A stretch of 64,000 bases of DNA from Eledone cirrhosa (Eukaryota), in contig OZ024742.1 in the NCBI GenBank assembly GCA_964016885.1, positions 230,516,001 to 230,580,000 on the forward strand, written 5' to 3'. The notes beneath the pieces are model-generated. The model ran no database searches, was not told the origin of the DNA, and saw only the letters and a list, made by a program, of their open reading frames with translations. The position numbers were made by a program, and so were the translations under genes. This document shows, in pieces, positions 14,612 through 28,740 of this stretch. Each line of letters opens with the position of its first letter. Within the stretch, counting starts at the first letter, position 1.

Positions 14612-15274
14612 TAGTCTTCTAGGTTCAATAATGATAATACATATTTACTCATGTTTTCACTTCAAATTTGTAGCAATGTCGTATTGTATATATTTGTTTA
14701 TTTATCTATTTATTTATTTAATTAATCTAAACGTCCGCATAGAGCTATGACAGACAAATGCAACTATCTTGTACTTCTTACAGTGGAGAAACAAAAAAAA
14801 CATACAGAGATATGTGAATATAAAAAATAAAAAAAATAAATAGATAAATTAAATAAAATAAAATAAAATAAATAGGGAGTGCCAACGGGCGGCAAAATTA
14901 GCATAAAAAAGCTAATGAAAAAAGGGGAAGCAAGGGATACTGTAAAGCAGCTAGAAGGTTATGTTGTTGAATCTTTTCGTAACTTCCATGAACACAAATA
15001 TTTTGTTCATAGATGGTAGATCTTTGACATTATATTGTATCTTCAACTATTTTAATGATCAGCTTCAAGATGTCCTCTGTCATGCTGATAGTTTCTCCAT
15101 TGGAATAAATAGTGCCAAATATTTACAGTGAAATAAATAGAGCCAAAGTAAATCTAAAGTAAATTTAGATGTGTTTTGGGTATATGTCTATTAATGTATA
15201 TCCATTTATGTATACAAGGACATACGAAACACTGACAAACACGGCCTATGTGTTTATGAATGCGTTAATATATA

Positions 15275-15447
15275 CGGTGGGCCAGAATTCATGATTCGTT
15301 TGTTAGTTATATTTCTTAACATGCTTATTTTATTGTTATTGTATTGTTTTAGTTTATTATTTTATGTCTTAATATGCTTAGCAGGTTTTTTTATTTATAA
15401 ATAATCTATAAATAATCAAGTGAGTCATGAATTCTGGCCCACCCTTG
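15275..15447. mobile_element. Tc1/mariner-type MITE
   Basis: TIRs ggtgggccagaattcatga / tcatgaattctggcccacc with TA on both flanks. Confidence 0.85.
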
Positions 15448-16097
15448 TACATACATATTTGTACAAATTGAGGTGGTGATGTGGTAGAGATGTTAGAACG
15501 TTGGAAGAATTACTTGGTGTTATTCCGTCCAGTTATCTATGCCATGAGTTCAAATCCTTCTGCAATTGACTTTCTTCCTTCCGAGGTTCATTTAGTACAA
15601 GTGTTGTAAGAAGGTCGTTTATACCATTATATCTCTTTCACAATTCCTCTCCCTATCCCTCTCCTCCCCACACATATACTCAATCTCTCCTTATCTGGAA
15701 GGAATCGACTGTGTTCAGTCCAGAAGCGTAATGGGATCCGCCAGGGTGAAACGTCACGACAACGCTCCTGAAATTCTGTTCTTAGTTATGAGAACATAAT
15801 TAACCTCCTCTTACTAATTTATATTTCGCTTAACTTCACGCCATTCTTTTCTATATTTCTGTATAAAACATCAAATTACATTAGTCCATTTCTTATCACA
15901 GGTTAATCTGTATTCGATATTCGATATGTGATTCTTGGATAATACTTGAAAGAAACAATAGAAATTCGCCGCTCATAATATTTGCTCTAGTTACATGTGA
16001 CTGACAATATGACAGCGTTCCGGTTAAAGGTGATAAGCATCTTTAAACCTTCAACTAAACGGTGCATTGCATTATTGTTTAAACATAACTTGAATAA

Positions 16098-16277
16098 TAA
16101 TTGTTTCTACTTTAGGCACAAGGCCAGCAATTACTCAGTGCATTACTGGTACTTTTATTTTATCGACCCCGTAAGGATGAAAGGCAAAGTCAACCTCGGC
16201 GGGATTTGAATTCAGGTCGTAAAGGGACGTAACTATGCAGGAAAGCATGGCGTCCGACCCTCTACCGATACTGCCAA
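16098..16277 (-). mobile_element. tRNA-derived SINE (main family)
   Basis: Near full-length match to 4893-5070. Confidence 0.9.
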
Positions 16278-16449
16278 GAATAATAATGAAGCCGGATCGT
16301 TCTTATAAGAAATCAATATATCACACAAGAATAACCTGCAAGACATTAGAAATGACACGTCGAAACACACATAAACGCGCATAGAAAAAAAGCACACACA
16401 CACATACACGCACACACACACACACACACACACATACACGCACACTCAA

Positions 16450-16488
<39 letters not shown>

Positions 16489-16502
16489 CACACACACGCA
16501 CA

Positions 16503-16546
<44 letters not shown>

Positions 16547-16654
16547 TATATATATATATATATATATATGTATCTGTATGCGCGTGTGTGTGAGTATATA
16601 TACAATCATGAACTCATATAAACGTATCCATAAACAGAATGTAATATATATATA

Positions 16655-17240
16655 CATGCCTATGGTAGCCTTCTTGATAACGAATGTACTCGCATCGAAG
16701 TGGCTCAACGTCTCAGCCAGCGCGTGTCTGAGCCACATAAATGCCGTTGTGGAGCTGTCTTAGATGGTTTTGGCCTGCACCTATTACCATACCACTCTCA
16801 ACGTCATAATGAGGGGTAGCCTCCACGCAGCCAGCTACCCGTCACAATAGGAGACTGTAGGCCTCGATCGTGGAGACCGCAAACGCCCCGGGAATTAGTC
16901 TTTTCCTCGTCGAAGTGGAAAAATCTCTCATCTGGGACGTGACATGCTGTGACACGTCCTCCGGCTCCAATTTAGTCGCCACAGTCATAAACCTCGGTAT
17001 CGCAGTTCGAGATTGTTCGGCCGCTTTCTCTTTGCACCGGTCACTGGCGAGACCTCAGGCGTCCTCCGACCCCGGACAGCTGACCTTCTTCGTAAAATCG
17101 GATCGATAGCAGCCAATCTGATGAAAGAGCCCCGGGGTGTGTGGTAGCTATTCCTATGGGTGTCGCGGGCCATTGTCCTCGTAAATGCCTTTGCCATTTT
17201 TTCCTGCAGTGTGCCGCTGAAACACCAATCTGACCTAGAC
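16655..17240 (+). mobile_element. CRE-clade-like non-LTR retrotransposon C-terminal remnant (zinc knuckle plus REL endonuclease)
   Basis: Frameshifted LLDNECTRIEVAQRL..PHKCRCGAVLDGFGLH..GLDRGDRKRP.GISLF..KSLIWDVTCCDT..SRAIVLVNAFAI; pyrimidine-rich 3' flank. Confidence 0.8.
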
Positions 17241-17839
17241 GTCGAGTCTGTCACCCTCTCTTCTTCCACCTTCATTCTTTCTTTGTCTATTAGTCCTTGC
17301 TCTTCTCCTACTTTTCCACTCATTTATGGCATTAGTGCTTTCCATCCTGCTTTCTTTTTTCTGTATGTTCTATTGATGCTATGTTCTACTGATTCTCTTA
17401 ACGTTCTCAAATGCGCAGATTTCACCAGCCTCCCATAGAGACCAGTCCTTTCATATATGATTGGGTAGCAATTCTGTAGAGTATGCTTTAAGTGAGTTGT
17501 TGAGAAAAGTGTCCATTGAAGCGTGTTATTGAATCAAACGTATCGTGCTTGACTTTTGATTTGTAATATTTTGGAAGAATGGATGCAAAATTATAGTCCA
17601 TGGTATGCATTACTTTGTACATCTTTTAAATACCAAATGTTATTACTAGTATCAGTTGATTCGAAGAGTCATCAGAGCATCGGACAAATATTTTACTACA
17701 TTTATTTGGCTCTTTAAGTTCAAATTTCAAATCCATTTAAGGTCGAGAAATGAAGGTACCAGCTAAGTACTGGAGTTGATGTCTATTTTGCCCTTCACCA
17801 ACATCACTGCCTTTGTATCTAATTTGAAATTGTTATACT

Positions 17840-17957
17840 AATTGTTTCTACTTTTGGCACAAAGCCAGCAATTATTCCAGTATTTTACTGGTACTTTATT
17901 TTATCGACCCCGTAAGGATGAAAGGCAAAGTTAACCTGGGCGGGATTTGAACTCAGA
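17840..17957 (-). mobile_element. tRNA-derived SINE, 5'-truncated
   Basis: B box to tail; a degenerate plus-strand copy lies just upstream (about 17660-17830). Confidence 0.85.
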
Positions 17958-18840
17958 ATAATTTGTAATAGTAGTAGTACTAGTTAATGGGTGATGCATA
18001 TCAGAAGTGTTAGACGGTGAAGAAAATGCCGGTGATATTTAGTTAAGTGACTGTTTACATCTGACTCATTTTATATCCGGCCAACTCATATTTCACTTGC
18101 AAATATGCTTGTCAATTGTATAACAAATGTATCAGTCGAGTAACGGGATCGATTTAATGGATTGGGCCACACCTCTCTCTAATATATTTGGCTTTCCACC
18201 AGATGTTATAAGGGAAACTATTTCCCCAGTTCTACAGGCCAGCTCCAATTACGCCAATATTCTTTCTCGCGACAACTTGGGATCGATCAGACGCACTTCA
18301 TCTCTATCTCTCTCTCTCTCTCTAACCTGTCCCAACACAAACAATATATAAACGAAGATATTTCTTCCTCCGTTACGAGCGTCCTAAGTTCCCCGCGGTA
18401 ATCTCATTAATTCGTCGAAACTGCAGGATGTTGAGATGTGAAGGGCATATTTTAATGTTTGTGATCTGTTCGCTTTCATCCATGCTTTTTCCTCCTCCCT
18501 GTCTTCTCTTCCTTCCTTCGAGTCAACTCACATCTAGCCGCTGATCTTTTCCCATTTTCCTGCGAATGTATATATAGGGCCATGAGTAATATTTGACCTA
18601 ACCCAAACCAAATAAATCCAAACCTACGGTAATTGATAACTCAGGCATACCAGATCTATTTTCCTGAACTCAAACATACGTAACGCATAAGATATGAAGT
18701 AAAACTAATCACACACAACAAAACTATACCCGAAGCATCCTCAGGATATAAATAACCAAACTAGTACTAAACTGCTGGAAGACATTAAGTTGCAACCGCC
18801 TTATTACCTGGTTCCTATATATTCTCTGACACACACACAC

Positions 18841-18916
<76 letters not shown>

Positions 18917-18995
18917 ATCGAGAGACATATAGCTGCATATATATATATATATATAAAAACGAGTTGGTAGCCACCATATATATATATATATATAT

Positions 18996-19211
18996 GGTGG
19001 CTGCCAACTCGTTTGTTTTCGAGTACGGCCACTACTTTATATCCATGTAGGAGAACCCCTACCCATGCGCTGAACGAGTGTGACATTTTAGTCCAGCCAG
19101 CGACTTGAAAACTCTGGTACAAACACTACACTTGTGACAATTATTGACGCATAGTGCTGGGTCCATGGTACCATGTGACGACAAGTGCAGAGAGATCTCC
19201 AGATATAAAGC
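18996..19211 (-). mobile_element. RTE-like zinc-finger 3' end, second copy
   Basis: Reverse complement of 2716-2926 with few differences; small opposite-orientation terminal fragment at 18957-18975. Confidence 0.8.
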
Positions 19212-19236
19212 CTGGATCTGCCAACTCATAATATTA

Positions 19237-19426
19237 TAATTGTTTCTACGTTAGTCACAAGGCCAGCAATTAACCAGTGTATTACTGGTAGTTTATTTTA
19301 TCGACCCCGTAAGGATGAAAGGCAAAGTTAACCTCGGCGGGATGTGAACTCAGAATGGCAAGGGCCGTAACTCTATGCGCCAAAGCATGGCATCCGACAC
19401 TCTACCAATACTGCCAATCCACCGCC
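19237..19426 (-). mobile_element. tRNA-derived SINE (main family)
   Basis: Full length, head ggcggtggattggcagt. Confidence 0.9.
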
Positions 19427-19553
19427 TTTATTATATTATAACATTAAATCATAAAAAAATGTTTAACACTGCATGTGAAGTCATTCTTTTCATTTTTTTC
19501 AAATATACCTAACTGCACCAAGGATCTCACACATTTTCCAATATATATATATA

Positions 19554-19945
19554 TTTCGTTTCTGAATTTGTTTAGCAAGATTCTTTATCTGAAAACGTGT
19601 GTTGAAACCGATATTGTTATACTTTGGGAGGGTCATGTTGCCAATAAGAAACACACGCACCAGTTGCTTTCACTTCAATTTATTATAATAAATTTATAAA
19701 TTTAGGAATTTATAAATTTCCGGTTGGTTGGTTGGTTCCACAACCAGATGATTGTTTATATATTGTCAAAGTTCTTTCGTCACACATTCTTCAGTGACTG
19801 GGGATTCTTTTCTGTGTCTTGTGCCTCTCCTTTGTTCTGTCCTACGCCATCTTGTTTTTGTGTGTGTGTTGTGTGCTTAGTTTGCGCATGTGTTACATCC
19901 GGGTGTCTGTGTGTGTTTATATTCGTTTATTTATTTGTTTATTTC
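19554..19945 (-). mobile_element. Solo pseudo-LTR of the PLE at 50623-53029
   Basis: Colinear and highly similar to 50623-51005; includes the terminal extension and a hammerhead with deleted stem II arm. Confidence 0.9.
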
Positions 19946-19975
19946 GGTTAATTCATAGTACAACTCATTATTTTA

Positions 19976-20007
<32 letters not shown>

Positions 20008-20009
<2 letters not shown>

Positions 20010-20246
20010 AGGGGGCGTAACTAGGAGTTACTGCAGGTTCACCCGGGAGAGCACTCGATGTTTAGGTTCACTTCTGTGATGAGGTGTAGAGCTATAAAGA
20101 GTGTAATATATAGAAAGGATAAAAGGACGATTGATTATTCCTTCATTGCATTTATTGATAGGTGACGCGCGTTTCGCCACTGATCAGCTCAAGGTTCGAT
20201 CTATATCGATCCTACCCGACTCAATAATCGGCAGCTCGACGGATCC
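20008..20246 (-). mobile_element. TA-inserted pseudo-LTR-like element with degenerate long-stem-II hammerhead
   Basis: Minus strand: stem II, GAAA, CGCGCG, TC, acctatcaataaa; homologous to 59656-59723. Confidence 0.6.
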
Positions 20247-20260
20247 TCTCTCTCTCTCTC

Positions 20261-20348
<88 letters not shown>

Positions 20349-20903
20349 ATAAATATGTGAGTGTGTGTCTATCTGTGTGTGCGTGTGATTAAGGTTTAGA
20401 AATTTAACCTTGTAGCTTTAGGCCAACAATGAAGAAATGAAAAGGATTATAAGAGAAGTTATAAATCGCCAGGAAACCATCAAATAGAATTATGAATGTC
20501 TAACTGAAATATGTAATGAATAATTACAAACGACATTACATCAATCGTGCCAGAAATACTGTATAGCAGTTTATATTACAGCATTGCCGATATATATCTT
20601 GGTAATTATTTCTTTTTTATACATAATACATAATCATATATACAACAATGCACACGCACACACACTAAACGTATATGTATATATATATATATATGTGTGT
20701 CTCTGTCTGTGTATGTGTGTGTATGTGTATGCATATATATATATATATATATACATGTATATATAAACGTAGAAGAGATATTTAATTTGTTTGAAATCCA
20801 ACAAATATAGATGTTTATAACTGATTCAGAGCACCCGACAGTGTTATGGAGTAAGTATTCAATGATATTAAATAAATGAAAACTATATTTATAAAACCAT
20901 ATT

Positions 20904-20965
20904 TATTCTATTATATGTATTTCAAGGGTACCAAAAATGTTGGTACGCTATCATCAGATAAAATA
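20904..20965 (-). ncRNA. Minimal type I hammerhead ribozyme
   Basis: tattttat CTGATGA tagcgtaccaa-cattt-ttggtaccctt GAAA tacata T A atagaata; 8-bp stem I. Confidence 0.7.
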
Positions 20966-21039
20966 CTAAGTTTGTTTTATAAATATTTGACATGACCAAA
21001 GATAATATTGGTAATGTCAAATATTTATAAAACATTTTG

Positions 21040-21101
21040 TATTTTATCTGATGATAACGTACCAAAATGTTTGGTACCCTTGAAATATATATAATAGAAT
21101 A
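21040..21101 (+). ncRNA. Minimal type I hammerhead ribozyme
   Basis: Stem I tattttat/atagaata, CTGATGA 21048-21054, gtaccaaa/tttggtac stem II, GAAA 21082-21085, palindromic stem III. Confidence 0.7.
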
Positions 21102-21145
21102 AATATGGTTTTATGAATATAGTTTTCATTTATTTAATATCATTG

Positions 21146-21198
<53 letters not shown>

Positions 21199-21255
21199 TA
21201 TGTTTGTATATATGTATGGATATTATATGCATATTTATATATATATATATATATA

Positions 21256-21304
<49 letters not shown>

Positions 21305-21447
21305 ATCAAATAAATTATTTCTATAAGCTTTAAGGAAATTTCTATTTGTTATTTAATTGAAGACTTCGCTGTGAAGAGAATAAAACATACATGCACACCC
21401 ACTCTACAACCTACTTTCTCATTTCTCTCCCTCTCTCACTCTCTCTC

Positions 21448-21495
<48 letters not shown>

Positions 21496-22152
21496 ACATA
21501 CATTTTAGATTATTGACTGGGCTAAAAAGCCACATTCTATCGCAGCACCGTTAATTTATAATATATATATGTGTATGTGTGTATTTGTTTTCTATCGTGC
21601 AATGGCCATACTCGATAACGAGGGGGCAGCCATCATGTATATATATATATAATCGTATATATATTTTGTGTGGTGTATGTGTTTGTGTGTGTAAACACAC
21701 TTGGTAAATGCCTTCTTTATTTCGAAATAAACTACAATCAGTTGTCTAGTTCGAAGTTTTTAGAACCAAATTATATCCAATGCATGCTTGTATATATATG
21801 TGGCTCTTTGCATTCAAAAATATTTTATATATTCGATCAATGTTTTTCTGTGCGTTTAAGTGTTAACATCACAATATTCATGAACTGTTTTGTGTTTCTC
21901 AATGTAGTCATGTTCTACCCATGATCCATAGGAATCTTCAGAAAGAGGAAAATCTATGCAGTGAATCGTTAAGACCAAAGTACGTGATAGTAGCTTTGAA
22001 ACAAACAATTTAGTATTCGTAATTGATTATGTATTATGTATCTCTATAAATCAACACTAATGTGATCTTACGATATTCCTGTTCAAGGATTTTTCGTGCT
22101 GAACATAGATCACCAATTAATTATATTATTATTATTATTATTATTATTATTA

Positions 22153-22366
22153 GTGGATTGGCAGTATCGGGAGAGGGTTGGACGCCATGCTTTGCAGCAT
22201 AGAGTTATGTCCCTTTACGTTCGGAGTTAAAATCCCGCCGAGGTCAACTTTGCCTTTCATCCTTACGGAGTCGATAAAATAAAGCACCAGTAATGCAATG
22301 TGATCGATTTAATCGACTTTCCCCACCCCCAAAATTGCTGGCTTGTGCCTATATAAGAAACCATTA
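22153..22366 (+). mobile_element. tRNA-derived SINE (long variant)
   Basis: Includes the gatcgatttaatcgactttccccacc segment absent from the short variant; preceded by (TTA)n. Confidence 0.9.
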
Positions 22367-22769
22367 CTATTTCTGATTTTCTTTTTCCTTCAATTTTCTT
22401 TCTATTTCTTGTCGAGTGTCTTCCCAACACCTACACCAGAGAAACTCAGGGCATACATTGGTAAGCCCCAAAATAAACACAATAGATTGCTCACGTCACG
22501 CACTTTACACAGTTACAAGTACATCATTAACTTTATATATGTGCATATTATCTGTTTAAAATCATCTTTACACCAGAATGTTATTCAATCATGTAAAAGT
22601 GCTCAATTATTTACAACTTGCCAAATTATGGAATATAATCTCATAAAGTTAAGTAAAAACAATTATGTAGATGATTCTCTTTGTCACAGTGATAATGCTC
22701 TTCTCATTAGGTGTTCCGAACCAGTAAACCAATTCGTTGCACTTCTTGCAGTGATGGTAACCCAGGGGT

Positions 22770-23190
22770 CATTCTAAAATAATTTTCTTCACATTTTCTC
22801 TTTCATTCTTCGTGCTCCAACACTCTGGTCTCCTATGCTCAATCTCATGGTCACACTGTATCTTTGCAGTATCATTATCACAAAATCACACAGGATCTTT
22901 GCATTATCATTTTAGATAACGCCCTAAAGATTATGCTCGTACCAGTTTTCTGCTCTGTCAAGTGCATATTTGCCACAACGTGACCAATGGACTATCCTTT
23001 CTATTTTTTCGTGAAGTCTCTTATATTCTTTCTACGCTAGTGGTGTACATTCGCTGGTAATATACTATATAGTTTCTCCATTCATGCCATAAATTCTACA
23101 CTTATGACTTCCTGCTCTGTGGGCTACTCTGTGTTTGATGTAGTTAGTTTTTAGTGTTTGTTCTTGAGCAGCACAAATTAAGGCTTTTGT
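22770..23190 (-). mobile_element. R4/Dong-clade retrotransposon remnant (thumb, CCHC zinc knuckle, REL start)
   Basis: ALICAAQEQTLKTNYIK..KCRIYGMNGETI*YITSECTPLA*KEYKRLH..VHW..WYEH..NDNAKILCDF..IQCDHEIEHRRP; several stops. Confidence 0.85.
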
Positions 23191-24389
23191 TATACAATTT
23201 CGCTTGTAAGGTTGGGTCGACCAAATGCTATGATAAATGATATTTCCCGTGGGGTTGATATCTTAATTATTCAACGGTCATGCTGCTTCAAATTTAATAC
23301 AGTGATATATTTTGGATAACTTATTCAGTAACGTACGATTTGATTTAACACGACTGACTGTTGTTCCAGTTTCCTTGCTTTACCCTATATTTTACAACAT
23401 TCTCTGTACTATCTACTTTTAGTCTATCACTATAGTGTTAAACCTCTTCTTATCTGATCATTGATCTTTCAGTTTACGTTAGGCAAGCAAGCAGCATATC
23501 ATAGTTTTTCCTTGGCACCTTTCTTAATCAAATACGATGTTCTTCACCTGATTCAGATAGAAGATGGTTAAACTTTACAGATATGTGCAACAGACCTACT
23601 CGTACATTCTTCACACTACTGTCAATTCCATAGATTATTAAATATTTGGCACATCTTTCTCACTGTCAAACTGGCGCTTTTATTTCAGAATAATTTCACG
23701 TTAATTGCTACAGCGTATTTTCTGCAACATCATTCTGTTAGTAGCGTGATTAACGGTTGTGCCAAGCTACATGAGAGTTCTATATGGATCTAACCACCAC
23801 TCACTCACATAAGAACACAAGTACAGCTGTTAAAATCCAGTAGTGCTTCGTTTGAAACTGTAAGAATGACAGTTTACCTTGATAAGAATAAACTGCAGAG
23901 GTTTCATATAATGGAAATAGGAGTTAGATATTTGTGAAATATATGATGTGTGTAGGTGGTTATATGTTTATAAGTAGTGACTTCGTGATAATAATACGCT
24001 TATATACAAACATATAGACAGTGAAAGAAATACAGAGACATTTAGTAATATGTTCGGGAATACTCGCAGTATTCGTTCTTTCTCTACCACACTCTAAGGT
24101 TTTATCCAGCCGAGGTGAACTTTGTCTTACATTCGTTTGTGTGCGGTACTTTATGAGTCAAGTACGTTTTTTTATCTCTCTTATTCTTTCATTTTTTTCT
24201 CTCGGATAAATACACATACACGCGCATACATACACACGCACACACGCACGCACACTCACACCACACACACATATATATATATACATATATATATATATAT
24301 GGAAAAATGTTTAACCCCGACGGCAGAGCTCAAGCCGTTTCGACGGCTATTTCTGGACTGAGTTCTGGTACCTTACCACACTTCCTTCG

Positions 24390-24430
<41 letters not shown>

Positions 24431-24726
24431 ATGTGTGTGTATGCGCGTGTGTAGATATATCTATATATATGTAATTAAAGGAGTAGAGTGTATGCTGGAA
24501 ATCATCCGGTATGTCAGGTTCAAAGCCATATGTGTCTAACATATATGCAACCAAATAAATATAAAATATATTCAAGTAATAAATAAATATGTATATAAAT
24601 ATATATATATGTGTGTGTGTGTATGTGAGAGTGTGTGAGGGTGTGTGTTATATATGTATATAAATATATAAATACATTGTGATACTGCATATTATATGTC
24701 ACTAAATACAAATTACATTTTAGACT

Positions 24727-24797
<71 letters not shown>

Positions 24798-25202
24798 TAT
24801 ATATAGATATATAATTTCATTTGTTGTTTCATAGCAGAAGGTGAACGCGTATGAAACTTATAAAACATATTAGAGAAAGTGTGGATCAGCTGCATTAGAA
24901 GCTTTCTGCCAAAGATTGCACTTTCTGTACTAAATGCACCAATATGCAATACCACAAGGGGTGCATATCAATAACAAATGAGGGTCTGTGTAAAATAATG
25001 TTAACCCGAACTAAGCAAAGAATCCAATTACACTAACAGCATGTAGTGTTAGTTATAGAATGGAACCCTCTGAACTAATCTGTTAAATATATGTCTCTCC
25101 TTTTGTAGAGAACTCTAACAGAATGCCTTAAGACTTTACTGCTTCCTTGTCCATTTGTATTTTCTTCGCCACCATTTTCATCATCGTCATCCTTTGTCAT
25201 TA

Positions 25203-25385
25203 TCAGTATCGGTAGAGGGTCGGGCGCCATGATTTGCAGCAAAGTTACGTTCTTTTATGGTCTGAGTTCAAATCCCGCCGTGCGTCGTGGTTATCTTTCC
25301 CTTTCATCCTTACAGGGTCTATAAAATAAAGTAGCAGTAATACACTGGGATAATTGCTGGTTTTGTGCCAAAAGTAGTAACAATT
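25203..25385 (+). mobile_element. tRNA-derived SINE
   Basis: Head, B box, core and tail recognisable. Confidence 0.85.
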
Positions 25386-25574
25386 ATTACTATCATCACT
25401 GTTGTTGGTCTCACCAAAGTCATCGTCAGTTTCCTCCCCCATACCCACAATCAAATTCCTCGCCACCTCCATAGTCATCTTCATAATCATGAACCTCATT
25501 TTCATCATCATTATCATCAGCATTATCATCATCATCACCTTCGTCTCCGTCATTATTATCATAGCTATAACAAC

Positions 25575-25765
25575 GGCAGTGGATTCGGCAGTATCGGTAG
25601 ACAGTCGGATGCCATGCTTTCCAGCATAGAGTTACGTCCCTTTACGTTCTGATTTCAAATCCCACCGAGGTTAACTTTGCCTTTCATCCTTACGGGATCG
25701 TAATAAATAAAGTACCAGTAATACGCTGTGATAATTGCTGGCCTTGTGCCAAAAGTAGAAACAAT
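25575..25765 (+). mobile_element. tRNA-derived SINE
   Basis: Full length. Confidence 0.9.
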
Positions 25766-25912
25766 GACTATTTGTATCACCCTCATTATAATTGACATCA
25801 CCGTCACTGCCATCATCAGCCGCAACACCATCATTGTCGTCACTGTTAACATCAACATCATTGATAACGTCTCCGTAGTCGCCATCCTCATTTTCATTTC
25901 CAGAATAGAGAA

Positions 25913-26097
25913 CAATTGTTTCTACTTTTGGCACAAGGCCAGTAATTATTTCAGTGCATTACTGGTACTTTATTTTATCGACCCCGTACGGATGAAAGGC
26001 AAAGTTAACCTTAGCGGGATTTGAACTCAGAACGTTAAGGGACGTAACTCTGCTGTAAAGCATGCCGTCCGAACCTCTACCGATACTGCCAATTCAC
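25913..26097 (-). mobile_element. tRNA-derived SINE
   Basis: Full length, tail-to-tail with 25575-25765. Confidence 0.9.
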
Positions 26098-26885
26098 GCA
26101 AAGCATTTTGTCAGGCACTGTATCAATCCTGCTACATATTTTGCCCTATCTTTCTGTCATAATATTCACCGTATCACCATTTAATTTCACGTATTTTTCC
26201 TAACCTTAATCTTCTTTTACTAGGTAACAAAGTTATAGAAACAACCGTTAATGTAATTATAAAAGACTTAAGAAATGATCTAAATAGAGGATAAACTTCT
26301 CGCATAATTCTACCCAATGCCGATATCGAAGTCTCTATACCTGAATATGTTGTATAATTTTATAATTGTAATGAATATAAATATATTTCATACATTGTGC
26401 TATTTGAAATATGATAATAGTGATCGTTTAATAAACCTAGGAAGTTCGAAAGTATTGATTATATTTCTTATCTGATTACATCAAGTACAGTACTGTGAAA
26501 GAGAGAAAATATTATAACACTTGATAATAGATGAATGTTTTTTTTTGTGTATGTGAATTATCGATAAAATATATATATGGACGTAGAAACTGTGAACTAG
26601 TAATCGAATAACTGTAAAATAATGAAAGTAATGTTTTTTGTAAATTTTAATTGCATTCTGCTCTCGATCATACACAGTATTGCATAACCACTTTGAAAGA
26701 GTCAACGATATCTGTATTCTGTAAGCAAGCATATCTAATGAAACGTACTTAAGTGCATTAGCAGAATACAGTCCCAATTGCGAATGTTAAGAATAGATAA
26801 ATAAATATATATCTATGTATATATGTATGTATGTGTTTTTGTATGTATGTATGAATGTATTCATATATATATGCATCTAAATACA

Positions 26886-26948
<63 letters not shown>

Positions 26949-27098
26949 CATACATATGTATATATATATATGTATATGTGAATTATATATGCATAATCAT
27001 ATATATGTATATACACATATATATATATATATATATACATACATATGTATATATATATATATGTATATGTGAATTATATATGCATATTCATATATATG

Positions 27099-27170
<72 letters not shown>

Positions 27171-27238
27171 CGTGTGTTGTCTGTGTGTGTCTGTGTACAC
27201 ATATATATATATATATATGTCTGTGTGTGTATGTATAA

Positions 27239-27272
<34 letters not shown>

Positions 27273-27666
27273 GTGTGTATGTATATATATATATCTGGAT
27301 GATCACAAATCAGATTAGATACACGAGAAGTTGCAGTCTAATTAGAGTTAAGATGTGTAGTTCCAGCAGCCAGCTCTCTCATTTCAAATTGATTTACGCA
27401 CACACACACACACATGCACGCCCGCCCACACACACACACACACACACACATACACACACACACACTCGCACATGCACACACATTCGCATATTGTGCGTGC
27501 TTGGAGGGGGGGGGATGTGAGGCCTGAATCAAGTATTGTCGCCTTTGTTTATCTCCATATCCGATCTTACTGAGCAAACACACGGAGGAAAATGTAGTCC
27601 AAATACTTTAGGACAACACAAGAATATTTATTGTATATTTCCTTGGTTCCATGTAATATGTATGTA

Positions 27667-27745
<79 letters not shown>

Positions 27746-27750
<5 letters not shown>

Positions 27751-27980
27751 AAAACAGACGAGCTTATCACAGACGTCTGAATTCGCTCATTTTAATGAAA
27801 TTTTATATAAAATAAAATAAAATTTCATTCTAATGAGCGATTTCAGACGCCTGTGTCAAGCTCCTCTGTCTTCGTGAAACCTTTGGTAAATGGAATAATT
27901 GTCTTATGTTGTTTATTACATAACTAAATAGCTCTGTAGCTTACACAAAACACTCTCCTTTCCTATACCCTTCCTACGGA

Positions 27981-27985
<5 letters not shown>
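27746..27985. mobile_element. TA-inserted palindromic non-coding element
   Basis: Inverted arms about 27746-27806 and 27817-27876; right arm extends to 27985; related to 53131-53273. Confidence 0.8.
27822..27896 (+). ncRNA. Type I hammerhead fold with variant core CUAAUGA
   Basis: Stem I atttcatt/aatggaat, core 27830-27836, 39-nt stem II region closed by gcga/tcgt, GAAA 27876-27879, stem III cc-ttt-gg, GUA triplet. Confidence 0.55.
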
Positions 27986-28048
<63 letters not shown>

Positions 28049-28212
28049 GTGTATCTAGTGGGCGAGATATTAACACTTCTAGATATTAACACTTCTAATA
28101 ACACTGCCGGCACTAGTATTGAGTACCCCCGGCATACGCTATTTGGCAAATAACTACATGTACTACCTATCCTCCTTGTCTATCTCTCGATACGTAAATA
28201 TTCTCTCTCTCC

Positions 28213-28740
<528 letters not shown>

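Larger units (their letters stand above)
20769..21148. mobile_element. TA-inserted palindromic non-coding element (PLE pseudo-LTR type)
   Basis: Imperfect inverted arms 20857-~20999 and ~21008-21148; ~88 bp extension on the left; hammerhead in each arm. Confidence 0.85.

Noticed and set aside
25390-25900. His-rich or Asp-rich ORFs
   Set aside because: Degenerate (CAT)n tracts between SINEs.
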